A DNA stretch of 64,000 nucleotides from Auanema rhodensis (Eukaryota > Animalia > Nematoda): positions 8,246,001 to 8,310,000 of the forward strand of contig OZ059898.1 in assembly GCA_964057225.1 (NCBI GenBank). Direction: 5' to 3'. The position numbers were made by a program, and so were the translations under genes. Under the pieces are notes generated by a model. That model made no database searches. It saw only the letters and a program-made list of their open reading frames with translations, and was not told where the DNA came from. Shown one piece after another: positions 11,701-23,086 of this stretch (its first letter is position 1; every line of letters starts with the position of its first letter).

Positions 11701-12581
11701 GAAAAAACGAAGTCTCAATTGTGCAATTGTGAAAAAAAATCAGTCAAGCTGTTGTTCAGGTGTTATAGCTGGTTTTTTAGTGTTCACCACTTTGCTATGT
11801 CTCCAGCTACCACATTCTTTCGGCACTATTTACACGGAAACCATCTAATCTGTAAAGATGAACAAAAGAATTTCTAGTGACCAGTGAGCATAGTATTGAA
11901 TTTTTTGTTATTTCCACCCAACTCATGAAAAAAGTGAATATACGTGGGGAAGTTGCAATAATCTCTATTTGCCATCGCCGAGCAATTAGGATTGAATTTT
12001 GATCTTGATTGGTCTAGATTCTGCAGTCTTAGCACATGGATAACACCTCGATGATACAAATGAGAGCAAAAACCGGCAAATGTTGATTTTCTTGAAGGAA
12101 CCACGTATTTTTGGTATGAAAACTGGCCTTGCTAAGCCAAACTGAGAATTCTGATCTTTATATTTTTGTAACAAAATTATAATTATCTATTATAATAAAT
12201 AATATGATTACAGTGGAGGCTCATTCATGAGTGAACGGAGAGAAGCGGCTAAATACCGGTATCAGTTAAGGGCTGTGTCAGAACATCGAGGAGTACCAGA
12301 GACAGGGCATTTCGTAACATATCGACGTGGTATTACTGATATGCATAGCTGGTATTTAACAAGTGATTCAAAGGTAATATATTGAATAGATACTAAACTC
12401 ATGACTTCATGAATAAAAATATTGTACATTTTAAATTAAAAGTTGACTTATTAAGGTAACTAGAGTACCATATTCTCAAGTTGCTCAAGCTGAAGCCTAT
12501 TTGTTGTATTACGAGAGGATACAACCTAATAGATGGTATAAGGATAATAATTTCAAAACAGTTATGGATCAAGATCAATAA
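5719..12581 (+). CDS. usp30: Ubiquitin-specific protease 30 (mitochondrial outer-membrane deubiquitinase)
   Basis: N-terminal hydrophobic anchor VIVTASLFGCSLAAAAAYFYF; Cys box GLHNLGHTCYANSLLQGLA; EHDLYELF motif; His box YQLRAVSEHRGVPETGHFVTYRR...WYLTSDSKV...AYLLYYER. Large introns at ~7274-10495, 10631-10982 and 11138-12213. Confidence 0.88.
7845..9520 (-). CDS. Secreted Cys/Gln/Pro-rich repeat protein (ABU/PQN-type cuticle protein), 483 aa, nested antisense in a USP30 intron
   Basis: Exons 9520-9467, 9416-9216, 9173-8613, 8568-8185, 8139-7951 and 7907-7845, all GT-AG and phase 0. Signal peptide MQLSYTAFILACSFLLASGSA, basic site REKR, CxxxC repeats (CQPACQQQCQQSC), C-terminus GCQCQQNYSPCGNGQCCRRK*. 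Minus-strand AATAAA at 7744-7749. Confidence 0.9.
9576..9662 (-). promoter_or_regulatory. TATA box and Grainyhead-like site of the nested gene
   Basis: TATAAAA on the minus strand at 9576-9582, about 55 bp upstream of the ATG. AACCAGTT at 9655-9662. Confidence 0.55.
10713..10732 (+). repeat. Poly-G tract with G-quadruplex potential
   Basis: GGGGTAGGAGGGGGGGGGGG in a USP30 intron. Confidence 0.6.
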
Positions 12582-12794
12582 ACTTTATTCATTCTGGAAA
12601 AAAGTTTTAATTGCATGTGTGATTTAATAACTTATATGTATAATACAGTTTGCTCAAGTGCTTTCATGATATATAGGTTTTTTATTATAAAAGTTTTCAA
12701 ATATTTCTTTGCAAGGCTTACAATCCTATCATTTTCTTTTTTTTTAAATGGTGTTTTTAATTATGTTAGTTTAAAAATTAAGGTTAATGTGTTT

Positions 12795-14975
12795 ATGATG
12801 GAAAAACTTCCGGAAAACGTGGATGTTGTTGTTTTAGGCACTGGTTTGCCAGAATCTATTCTTGCTGCCGCCTGCTCTCGATCCGGATTATCGGTTCTTC
12901 ATTTGGACAGGTAAAAAATTAATCAAACAATTGACAATATCATCAAATCCGTTTTGCTTTTGGTCTAGTTTTCTCTTTATAGAACGGAATTTTATGGCGG
13001 CGATTGGGCTTCTTTCAATTTGCGGTCTATTAACGAATGGTTTTCTACCGTGAAGGAGGTACAATTATATGGTACGGGATTGATCGCCTTCATCAATTGT
13101 TTTGTTTTAACAGAAAACTGATTCAAATGATGATCTAAATGAAAGTTTTGGTAATTTGCTAGAAGAAGGTGAATCGTTAGTTAAAATTGTTGAAAGAGAT
13201 ACAATCAAGAATTTGGAGCATCACTTCAACGAAGCAAGGTGAAGGAAGCTTCTTCTGTTCAGCTTGATTAATTTTTTTGTTTAGTAATTGTGCTTCTGAC
13301 GTGAAAGAAAACGATAATGCTTCATATCAAGAAATATTAAATGAAAAAGATTGGAGACGATTCAGCATAGATTTAGTTCCAAAAGTATTACTGGCACGGG
13401 GTTCAATGGTACAAACATTATGCGATTCCGAGGTTTGGCTGTACCCATTTTCCATTATATGCGGTTGTTTAGGTTGCTAAGTACGCCGAGTTCAAATGTG
13501 TAGATAGATTTCTTTGTTTTGATAAGAATGCGAAAGACGAAACTGCCTATAACCGAGTTCCATGCTCCAAAGGTGATATTTTCCAAGATGAAAAACTAAG
13601 GTTTTTTTATTCTACATTATAAAGCCTAAGCATACTATTTCAGTATGATTGATAAGCGTAGATTAATGAAGTTTTTAACATACTGTCTACATTGGAATAA
13701 CAATTCAGACAGTTTAGATGATTGGAAAGGTTTATTCTTGACACAGTTTATTCAGTTGTTCTGTCAACAATGTTTTTTAGCCTATGAGGAAAAAAGCTTT
13801 ACGGACTTTTTGGATTCTATGAGTATTTCTGGTGCTCTTCAACAGTATGTGACTGATGCTATCGGTATCTTGAAACCAAATGCTAACACTAGAGAGGCTG
13901 GTCATTTCAATAAAAAAAAATTTAATTTACTTTTTTAGGGTCTCTCCGCTGTTTGTAAGTTTATTGACTCAGTTGGTCGTTTCGGAACTTCACCTTTTCT
14001 CACACCGTTGTACGGATGCGGAGAGCTTTCTCAATGTTTTTGCAGGTTATTTTTATAAGATGATGGGCTCCATAATATTTTTATTTTTAGATTATGTGCA
14101 GTTTTTGGGGGTTTGTACTGTTTAGGGCGTCCAATACAAGCATTTGTTGAAAAAGAAGATAGGTAAAAATATTATGAATTATAAACAACATTATTTGAAA
14201 TAATTTAGATATGTTGGAGTTATTGCGGATAATCAACTCATCAGATGCCAACATATCATTATGTCTCCCAAATATTCTACCAAAAACTCGGAAGGAGAAG
14301 CTGGCGATTGGTTACATAGATCTGTTCATATAACGAACAAATCAGTATTTCCAGAAGACAAGGAACATGTAGGTTTATTTTGTTACAGAAATTGTTTTTA
14401 AATAAATTTCAGGTTTCCCTTGTTAATTTGTCTTGCCTAGACTCAAATTCAAATGTTCGTTATTTTGAAAATGGTTATGAAGTATGCGCAGCACCAAAAG
14501 GATATTGTTAGTCGTCTCTTCAATTTTCTTTATTCTAGTGATACATTCCTGCAGATTTGGCTAATTTTAGTGGAGAAGGTTCATTAGAAAGTTTAAAACA
14601 AGTTGAGCACAAAATATTAAGTATGACAGAAGAAACAACAGGTAATACCAATCTTTACTGTCTCAAGAAAGTAGGGTTCAATGCATATAGGACCTAAACC
14701 TCTTTGGAGTTTGTATTTTTCCATTCTAACTACCGTGAAGAATTCTATGCTACCGAAGAATGTAGCTGTTGTATCAGGTCCCGACCATTCCTTAGACTAT
14801 GCTAGTGTTATTGATGAGGTGAGCGAAAGAACTTACATTAATTCAATATCATTTTCTAAAGACCCAAAAGCTTTTCACTTTGTTCTGGCCTGATCGAGAT
14901 TTTCTGCCTCGATCTTTGAAGATTGATGAGGATTCTGAAGTTCCACCCGTTGGAGAAGAAATGATGCCCGAGTGA
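12795..14975 (+). CDS. rep-1: Rab escort protein (CHM/REP, Rab geranylgeranyltransferase component A)
   Basis: [47 protein letters not shown]; [19 protein letters not shown]; [10 protein letters not shown]; [35 protein letters not shown]; ends EEMMPE*. Confidence 0.93.
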
Positions 14976-15113
14976 TTGAAATATCTTTATAATTGACTAC
15001 TACATTAAATTATTTAATTTTTAAACTTAAATAAATTTTACACAGTATAATACTTGACTTAATACTTAATAATACTATATATATAATACAAGATATAACC
15101 TAATCAGTTTTTC

Positions 15114-16336
15114 TCACTCAAGATTATCAATTTCCTTTAAGATTTTCGGGAACTGATTTAAAATATCTGACGTGGTCATTGACCGTCCTTCACTCTTAAA
15201 AGCAGCATTAGCAGCCAGTTTAATCATTTGACTACAAGCTGCGCCTGCTTGAATCTTGGCCTTTGAATTGCATGATTCTTTTCTGAAATATAATGTTAAT
15301 ATTTCCTTAGAACATTTTTCATTTACTTTAAAGCCCAATAATAAAATAACGCCATAGTTCCTGCGGTGGTATCCCCTTGTCCACCACATCGACGAGGACT
15401 TCCAACATGCTCCCACGAACCACCTATTACATAATTATTTAGGCAAATATTATTTAATCTCACTAGTGGAATCTGGATTCATGATAAGATCAACTTTGCC
15501 TTTTACAAAAATTGTGATTCCCATCTGTTCACTCAGAACACCGCAAGCAGAATTCACTTCTGCGAAACTTTTGTTTGAAAAATCTACTTTTGTATTGCCA
15601 GTGGCACTATACAATCGTGAAAATTCTACAATATTAGGTGTAAGAATAACAGATGGGGCATTGTAGTATGCTGAGGGATCTTGGCTAACAAACCATAAAG
15701 CATCCTGTATGACGTACATAACTTAATTGTAATATCAGTTTAATTATAACATACCCCATCAAGCACAAGAGGCTTGCTTTTTTCACGTGCATAGTCAAAA
15801 ACTTTTTTCACAAGATATGATTTAGGTATTTTAGGCCTATTCAAGATATCATTATCATCTTTGTTACTGATATTATTAGTGCTTTCGGATATATAGTGAG
15901 GATTGATATAGTAATCTCGACCTAAGCCAGGTCCCATTACCAGAGCATCAATACGCTCTAATTTCTATAATAGATTTGAAATGTGAGGAAAAAAACTAAT
16001 CATACTTCAGGTATTTCGAAGTACGAATGTACAATGAAATCAGGACTGAAAGATTTTATAATAGGCTTCGCAGGAATATCACAGAAAATATGAATAAGAT
16101 CAGCACCCTGACAAATTATGAGCAAAATAAAAGATAGTATCATTTTCACATACCAAGCGTGTAACAGACAATGCGGCAAACACTGGAGCACCAGTATATT
16201 CTTCTGAACCACCTATAACGGCAATTTTACCACAAGCTCCCTAAAAGTTATAGAGAAACAAATTTAATCAGGAATTAGAACAAACTTTTCTAAGACTGAA
16301 GGTAAGCGAAGGAAGCAAATTTTTCACATGAGACAT
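15114..16336 (-). CDS. NAXD: ATP-dependent (S)-NAD(P)H-hydrate dehydratase (NAXD/CARKD, YjeF C-terminal family)
   Basis: KGACGKIAVIGGSEEYTGAPVFAA; GADLIHIFC; MGPGLGRD; LVLDGDALW; ILTPNIVEFSRL; GSPRRCGGQGDTTAG. Acceptor TTTTCGTAG lies 14 nt before the ATG. Confidence 0.93.
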
Positions 16337-16587
16337 ACTTTGTGATAACCCTACGAAAATATTTAATTAATTAAAACTATAACAAGGAAAAAATAATGTT
16401 TATAAGCTTTCTGTTAAGCTAACATATACAACCATAATTTCATTTAAGAATTTTATTGATAAGGCACTTCGATGATTATCACAGACAAATAAAAATTAGC
16501 TACAAAACTACAAAAATATAAATCTGTTATTGAGGTATACTACATGACTGGAATTGAGCAACTCAGATTTTTTAACTAGAGATTATG

Positions 16588-19357
16588 TTATGTTAGAGTA
16601 GGGTTTTCATATTTTGAAAGATTTGTTACGCTTTCAAGTTTTGCAGCTATAGCAATCAGATCTTCGGTGTATTTTTCTCTGGAATATGAAAATAAATTAG
16701 AAACAACTTTGATTACTTACACAGAAGGAGATCTTTCAACCTTGTTTAAATTATACTAAAAAAAATAATATTATATGTGATACAGCAAAGATACCTTAAT
16801 GTCTCCAATTGTGTGTGTAAGTTCTTTATGAATATTTTGGCAAATTCGACGAGTTTCAATAACCTGCGCTTGCAGGCTAACAAGATGACTGAAACAAAAA
16901 GTTAATTAATTCATACTACACTCCTGGCCAACCCGGCAATAGTTGTTAGGAAACGTTGACATTGTTCTGAGACCAAATTGATTTTATCCATATTATCAGA
17001 TATTCTCGCAGCAAAATGTGAAAGAGCTTGAAGTGTTTGACTGCGATGGACCGACTTGTGATTATATTCTCCTATAATATAAGATTGAGTAATTATAATT
17101 ATGCTATAGTTCACCGATATCCAAATCAAGGGAATGTACATTCATTTCTTTAACGATAAATTTATCGAACTCGCTTTCAATAGTACTTTTATATTCAGGG
17201 ATCAACGCTATAAATATAAAAAAAGTGAAAGGTTAAGTTGAATAAATTACCAATCGCTTCTTTCAAACGGTTCAAATCTGTTCCCAATTCAGAAATACCA
17301 ATATACTGCTTCTTCTTAAATTTACAACAAAAGATAATATTAAAAACAAAAAAGTACCTCATTAGTTTGAGTAAAAAACTGAGTTTTATATATTTCGGTG
17401 CATTGATTTGCGCAAGAAAGCAACTGAGTATAAGTTTCACAGTCTTTTAAAGCTTTGTTAATATGCTTAAATAATTGATAAAGTTAAAATAATTTGATGA
17501 TAAACTCACATTTTTGGATAAGTCGTATATAAGATCTAGAGATCTTCTGATAAATTCTTTTTTATTTTCACCTTCATAGAAAATGTTACACACAAACTTC
17601 GCCCATTCTAGTTCATTTTGAGAAGAAGCTGCTAACATGGATTGATCTTCAACAAAAACATGATTAACTACAAAATTTTTGAAAACTTACAAATTTCAAC
17701 GTAAGATCGTTCTTGTTTTCTTTCGTGAGCACACAACAAAACGAAATAAGTATTATTATTCAAAGAAGGAATGAAATCCGAATTTTTCTTTTTTATAATA
17801 ATATCAGTATTACTCAATAAAACACATTGAGTATTTATTATATCAAAGTTTTGAAAAATAACTTTTTCCAGTGATGGGCATTTAAATCTAGAATATTGCT
17901 ATTATCATGACAGAAAAATCATTCAAACCCCAGCAAATAATTTTCTTTTCCAATGTCAGCATAACGAAAAACTTTTCCAGTATTTATTGAAAGGAATTTT
18001 TTTTCTTTTACTCTCAATAATGCTGAAATAAATAATTTAACTAAAATATTAACTTGAATCCTCACCATCTTTCATTTCTTTTACATCGGAAAAAAATTTA
18101 GCTTCATCGGAAATTTCGTTGGAATGGAACAGGTAACAGATCATGGAAGAAAGAGCACCATTGAACCAACTAAGTAAATTACTTAAAGCATGTTTACCAA
18201 ATAGTGTAAAACAACCTTTCAACTCTGCAAGGTGGAAGATATTTTCTATGGTGTACTACGCCGTCTTTAATAGTGACATCCAAGTCGTCTTTAAAAAAAA
18301 GTTATTCAAGTTGACTAGATAAAAATAATATGGATACCAATTTCTAAAGCCTTCACTGCTTTTAAATCGTTCCGATCAAAAGGGAAAATATTCGTAGCTG
18401 CATAAAACAATGTGATTCCAGCACACCATCCATCACTTTCAGCAGCTCTTATAGCTGTATCAACTTTCGATGCTACCCTACCTCCACCGGAGTAATGCTC
18501 ATTCAAACGAGGGTTCTTCAAGAATACTATTAAAGAACAAAACTACATTTAACAGCATTACGAGATAAGGTTTCGTGCCAACTAAAGTTTTATTAGAAGA
18601 ACTTTCACAGGTTGACTGGCCAAAGTCACAAAGTTTGAAAAGGTATTGAGATCTAAACATTTGTCAAGATTACAAATAAACGATTAGCAACTTACCGCCG
18701 AGAACGATTAACAAATACAAGTATGTTTTCCGCTTTGATATCCCTATGAATAACTTTTTTTTCTTTTAAAGATATTACTCCGCTCACTAAACACGAAATT
18801 TAGTTTTGTGAATAGATTTCAAACATACGAAGATCATGTTGCAAATCCATTAAAATAATCTGAGGAAGTCCTGCAGCATGATAAATGCTTTCCATTAAAT
18901 CCGCCAATGAGCATAATCCCATTTCCAAAGCTATACCTGTATTATTCCATCCCAAAATCTAAAATCCTTGTTTTTGCGCTGGCTATTTAATATACAACAT
19001 ACTTGTACAATGTACTCAGCACCAAACAAAATTTTCAAAAACTCGAGCTCTGTGTTAAGCAAACTAGGCGGACCATCACTTTTTGCTATTTTCACAGCGA
19101 CTGGAACACCTGTAGATTGCAATTTTCCCTTGTACACCTATAAGTTGTTTTAATAAGTTGAACTATTTCATTTCCTTTACCTTTCCATATGATCCTGAAG
19201 CAATACATTTGTTTGTGTCGGTTATAAACTGATTATTAGGGGCTTCCATGTAATATAGCTAAAAATTCCGTGCATTAATGATTTCAATGATTCTAATTCT
19301 ATATATATCTACGGGGCATGAGTGTACATATTGAAAATAAATCGGACGACTTGTCAT
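16588..19357 (-). CDS. ikke-1: IKK-epsilon/TBK1-like Ser/Thr kinase (kinase domain plus helical C-terminal region)
   Basis: IASGSYGKVYKG, VAVK, HRDIKAENILV, FKLCDFG, TLVGTKPYLNP and DGWCAGITLFYAATNIFPF (compare TBK1 DLWSIGVTFYHAATGSLPF). Splicing stays in frame past the kinase into ORF 17447-17638 and continues to ...KYENPTLT*. The family call is fairly firm; exact orthology is less so. Confidence 0.75.
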
Positions 19358-22300
19358 GAAATCAAGAGTTGCCAATCAATCAATATTCATAAATAATTTA
19401 CTAATAACGATTGTTTTAATATTTTAAATATTTTATTATGTTGTACGTAACGTTCACTTTATGAACAATCACGGGATCAAAGTTATGGACAAATAAACAA
19501 AGTCATGTTGTAGACATTGTATTTATACACTTACAAAGTAAATTTCATTGACCAATAATGAGAATAATATTTATAACAACGGAATTTTTATAATATGTAA
19601 ATTATTTTTTGGAATTATTTTAACAGAAAGCTCTGTTTATAAATTATTGAGTTGTATAAAAATTGGAGTTAGAGGTTACTCTCCTTATCTACCACCTTGC
19701 TTGCAATTTCAGGGTTTCAGAAATATTTCGATACTCTAGGGACTTTGAGTACTTTTTACGATTTTTACTAAGCATTTCAATTCTATTTTATTATTACTTT
19801 TCAATAGCTATACTATCCTTTTGAATTTGACCAATCGTTTGGATGATTTGATTCCAAATGCGTTGCCATCTCTTAATAGGGGTAAACGGCGTGCCTTGCG
19901 GAGAGGGTGGAGAAATGCACTCGCGGAACGCGTACGTACTTATTTTATTTGGTCTCCAGAGACCTGATGATTTCATGATGCTTCTTCACACAAGCCATAA
20001 TCATGCCCCTTTCTCTTTGTCTGCGCCTCTTCATTTTTGACTATCTTTTTATGGATGAGTCCTAAAGAGGCAAAAGATGTGACACTAGATATATAGAAGG
20101 AATGACCGCTAAAGAGAAACAACATAATATGTACGAAAAGAGGCGGGACATAAGGATCGAAACGGAAATTTCTTTGGAGCAATATCCGTTTGATAGCCTC
20201 TGATTAGCAAATGCGAACAATCTTATTCAATGGCATTACAGTATGTTCACATTTTTTTCCGAGATGTCTTTAAATAAATCTCTCAAGTCATTATAATCAA
20301 TCCTCACTATAGATATATATCATAAGGTAAGAAGAACTTCTTTGAAATGGCACAGAAGACAGTTTCGTGGCAGAAGTATTCTTTCGCTCTTATGAAATTA
20401 TTTTGATCTACAATCGCATACATGATGACTCTTAACAATATCGAAAGAATGCTCTTAGAACTTTCATTTTTGCTTGTCTTTCAGTTTTTTTATTTCAGTT
20501 ATCAATTTCGTTTTTGATTAGTTTTAAATATGTTAATTAATGAATAATGTATCTCACCAGTTTACAACTAAAAACGAAGCTTTTCCTCAGTCTATTTTAC
20601 CTTATGTTTGCTAATTATGCTGCGCATGTTTTCATTATAATGCCTGTTTGTTTTTCGCGTAGAACGCTCACTATTCTGTTTCTTATTCTCTTCATAAATG
20701 TCTTTTGAATCTCTGACTTCACTTAATATTTCTTCATGTTATTCAGAATTATTATACTGTGCTCATGCCCAATATGTTTCATTGGTTCCAAAATAAATAA
20801 TTATGCTCAGCGATCAGTTGTAAATCGAAGATGATGTATCATCTTCATGACTTTAACATCATCAAGCGATATCCAATCCGTTGTTAGCTTTGTCCTTCTC
20901 GCAGCTCGTTGAATGATGTTACTTCATTTCTCCAGAGTAGCCGCTTAGCTTTTCAAACATAGTTTCCATCAGCTGTCTCACCCTTTTAAGCTTTTTCAAA
21001 ACTCACATACTTCCATTTACTCATCTCGGGTTCTTGAAAATTCATTCTTGTCGTTATCCAACTAATCTTCATTCAGTTTTCCGTGTTATATTCAAACTTT
21101 CGATTAGACCAGTTATATTCCTGTAGCCATAATAAAGCATAGTTCAACTTAACCAAGTTTTAGCACTTAAATTGTATTGTATTTTTTCTTTTGTATTCTT
21201 TGTTTTTAGTTTGTTATCTGGTTCTTACATACTTGTAGTCCTGATTTCTTATTCCCCCTCAAATCTTCATACATACCCATGAGCACTTCCATCTGTTCGC
21301 TATTCTTACGCTACTGATACCAGCCGGCCATTTCCATCTAATTGTTTTCGATTATTTATTCTGAACGTTTTGTATCGTTAGTATAGCTTAGTCATCTAAT
21401 TATAATTACATCACTTCATTCTATTCTATTGTTCTCAATTTCATCCTCATCGTTCTTTTACGATCGTCCACATGCACGGCTCTTTACGTTCTTGCTGGCT
21501 GTTCAACGTCTTTCTTGTCGTCATCGTCGACGACGTTGTCGTGAAACCTCCTAGACTATCTACATGTAACGAATTCATTCAGATCGTTTACCAATTTTCA
21601 TGGTTATGTTATCGAATCGCTACTGTATACATCTATCTATTCATGTTCTTCATCTTTATGTCTCGGAAATCCGTTTTCATGTTGTGTATTTTCATTTCAC
21701 TTCTTCTATTGAATAATTGTGTTTATTGAAATTTAACTTACGATATTCTCATTGAATACCAATATCTGATTCGCATTCTTTCATTCACAAACTGTTTTTT
21801 TGTCTTGTTCTTCTTTTCGTACTGTCTATACGTATTTGAATATTTGCTGAACACACGTATAGCTCACGTAAAATGCTTAAGTCATGACTAAATCCTTCAA
21901 TTAGCATAACATTTCTTGGCAGCTGATGGGGCTCAGGCTTCTCGCTGCTTTAGGTAGGAATATGACGGTTTTTTTCCTTTTTTCATCGAGTATTCAACAT
22001 TTGATGCATGTCTCTTCTTCAAAATAGATTTGATTCACGTGTTATATCTATACTCATCATAATTGTTATTTCTGACTTATAATATTCATTCACTTTCTTC
22101 ATACATGTTTGACAGTTATTCTAACTATTTATATATATTAATTATATAAGTGTAGCAGTAGCATGTCAACCTCTTGTAATAACACTTCTGAAGAATCCAG
22201 ATTACTGCGCTTAGTTGTTGGCCTGCACTGACGACGACGACAGCATATTCATCATATTAGGAAACAATATGTTTAACGAGCTAATGAGCTCTTGTTGAAG

Positions 22301-23086
22301 CTGTTGAAGCTGTCGTTTCTCTGGAGACCTACTTAGATGTATCTATTCTTTCTTGCACTGTTCTCTCTCTCTGTTTCTCTCTTACGTTCATATTATTTCA
22401 TAGCCTGTGCATGTCTCATAACTCTCCTAAGCAACAATCTGTCATCCAAGTATTTCCGTTACTTTTGCTTAGCTCAATTAGATCATGTACTAATATTTTC
22501 ATGTGTTAAACTATATAAACTTATTCATGTATATTTTTCATTATCGTTTAAAATCTCTTGGCATCTTTATCATTTATACAGCATTTCATTTTTTTTGATA
22601 CTATTGAAAGGGCTCTCGACCAATTAGCTACTTCTACACCATATTGTTATAACTAAGCTGACCTATATGCATATTTTTTGTTTCTATCATATTACGCTTC
22701 TTTCTTTCATCTCCGTATAGTTCAGCTTAACTAGTTGACATCCATTTTCCCTAGAGGGTGAACGTTCTATTCTATTCGTTCGTCAAATTACCTATCTTGA
22801 TCTCAGAGCTATTATACGCATAGTGCAATTTATTTCCTCTCTCCGAAACCTTCTTAGTCAGGTTCAATGACTACCATACAGAGATTCATTCATTTAAGCT
22901 TTCATCACATAGTCTGAGCCTACAATATAGCTTAATCGCATGAAATTTAAATATTTGTATTTGCCATATTGACTGTGTGTGGTAGCACATATTTCAATAT
23001 AATATATGTATCTGTTAAAATATATTCTCTACATATCTTATAGATCAATATCTTCTTTTTTTAAATGCTTTTTATAATTACAGAGC

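Noticed and set aside
16588-17638. Apparent separate gene starting MLAASSQNEL
   Set aside because: Upstream exons splice in frame from the kinase domain, so it is the C-terminus of the IKKe/TBK1-like gene.
19794-20182. Short ORFs 19794-19976, 19858-20040 and 19973-20182
   Set aside because: No domain and no coherent splice chain; better explained as GC-rich promoter sequence.
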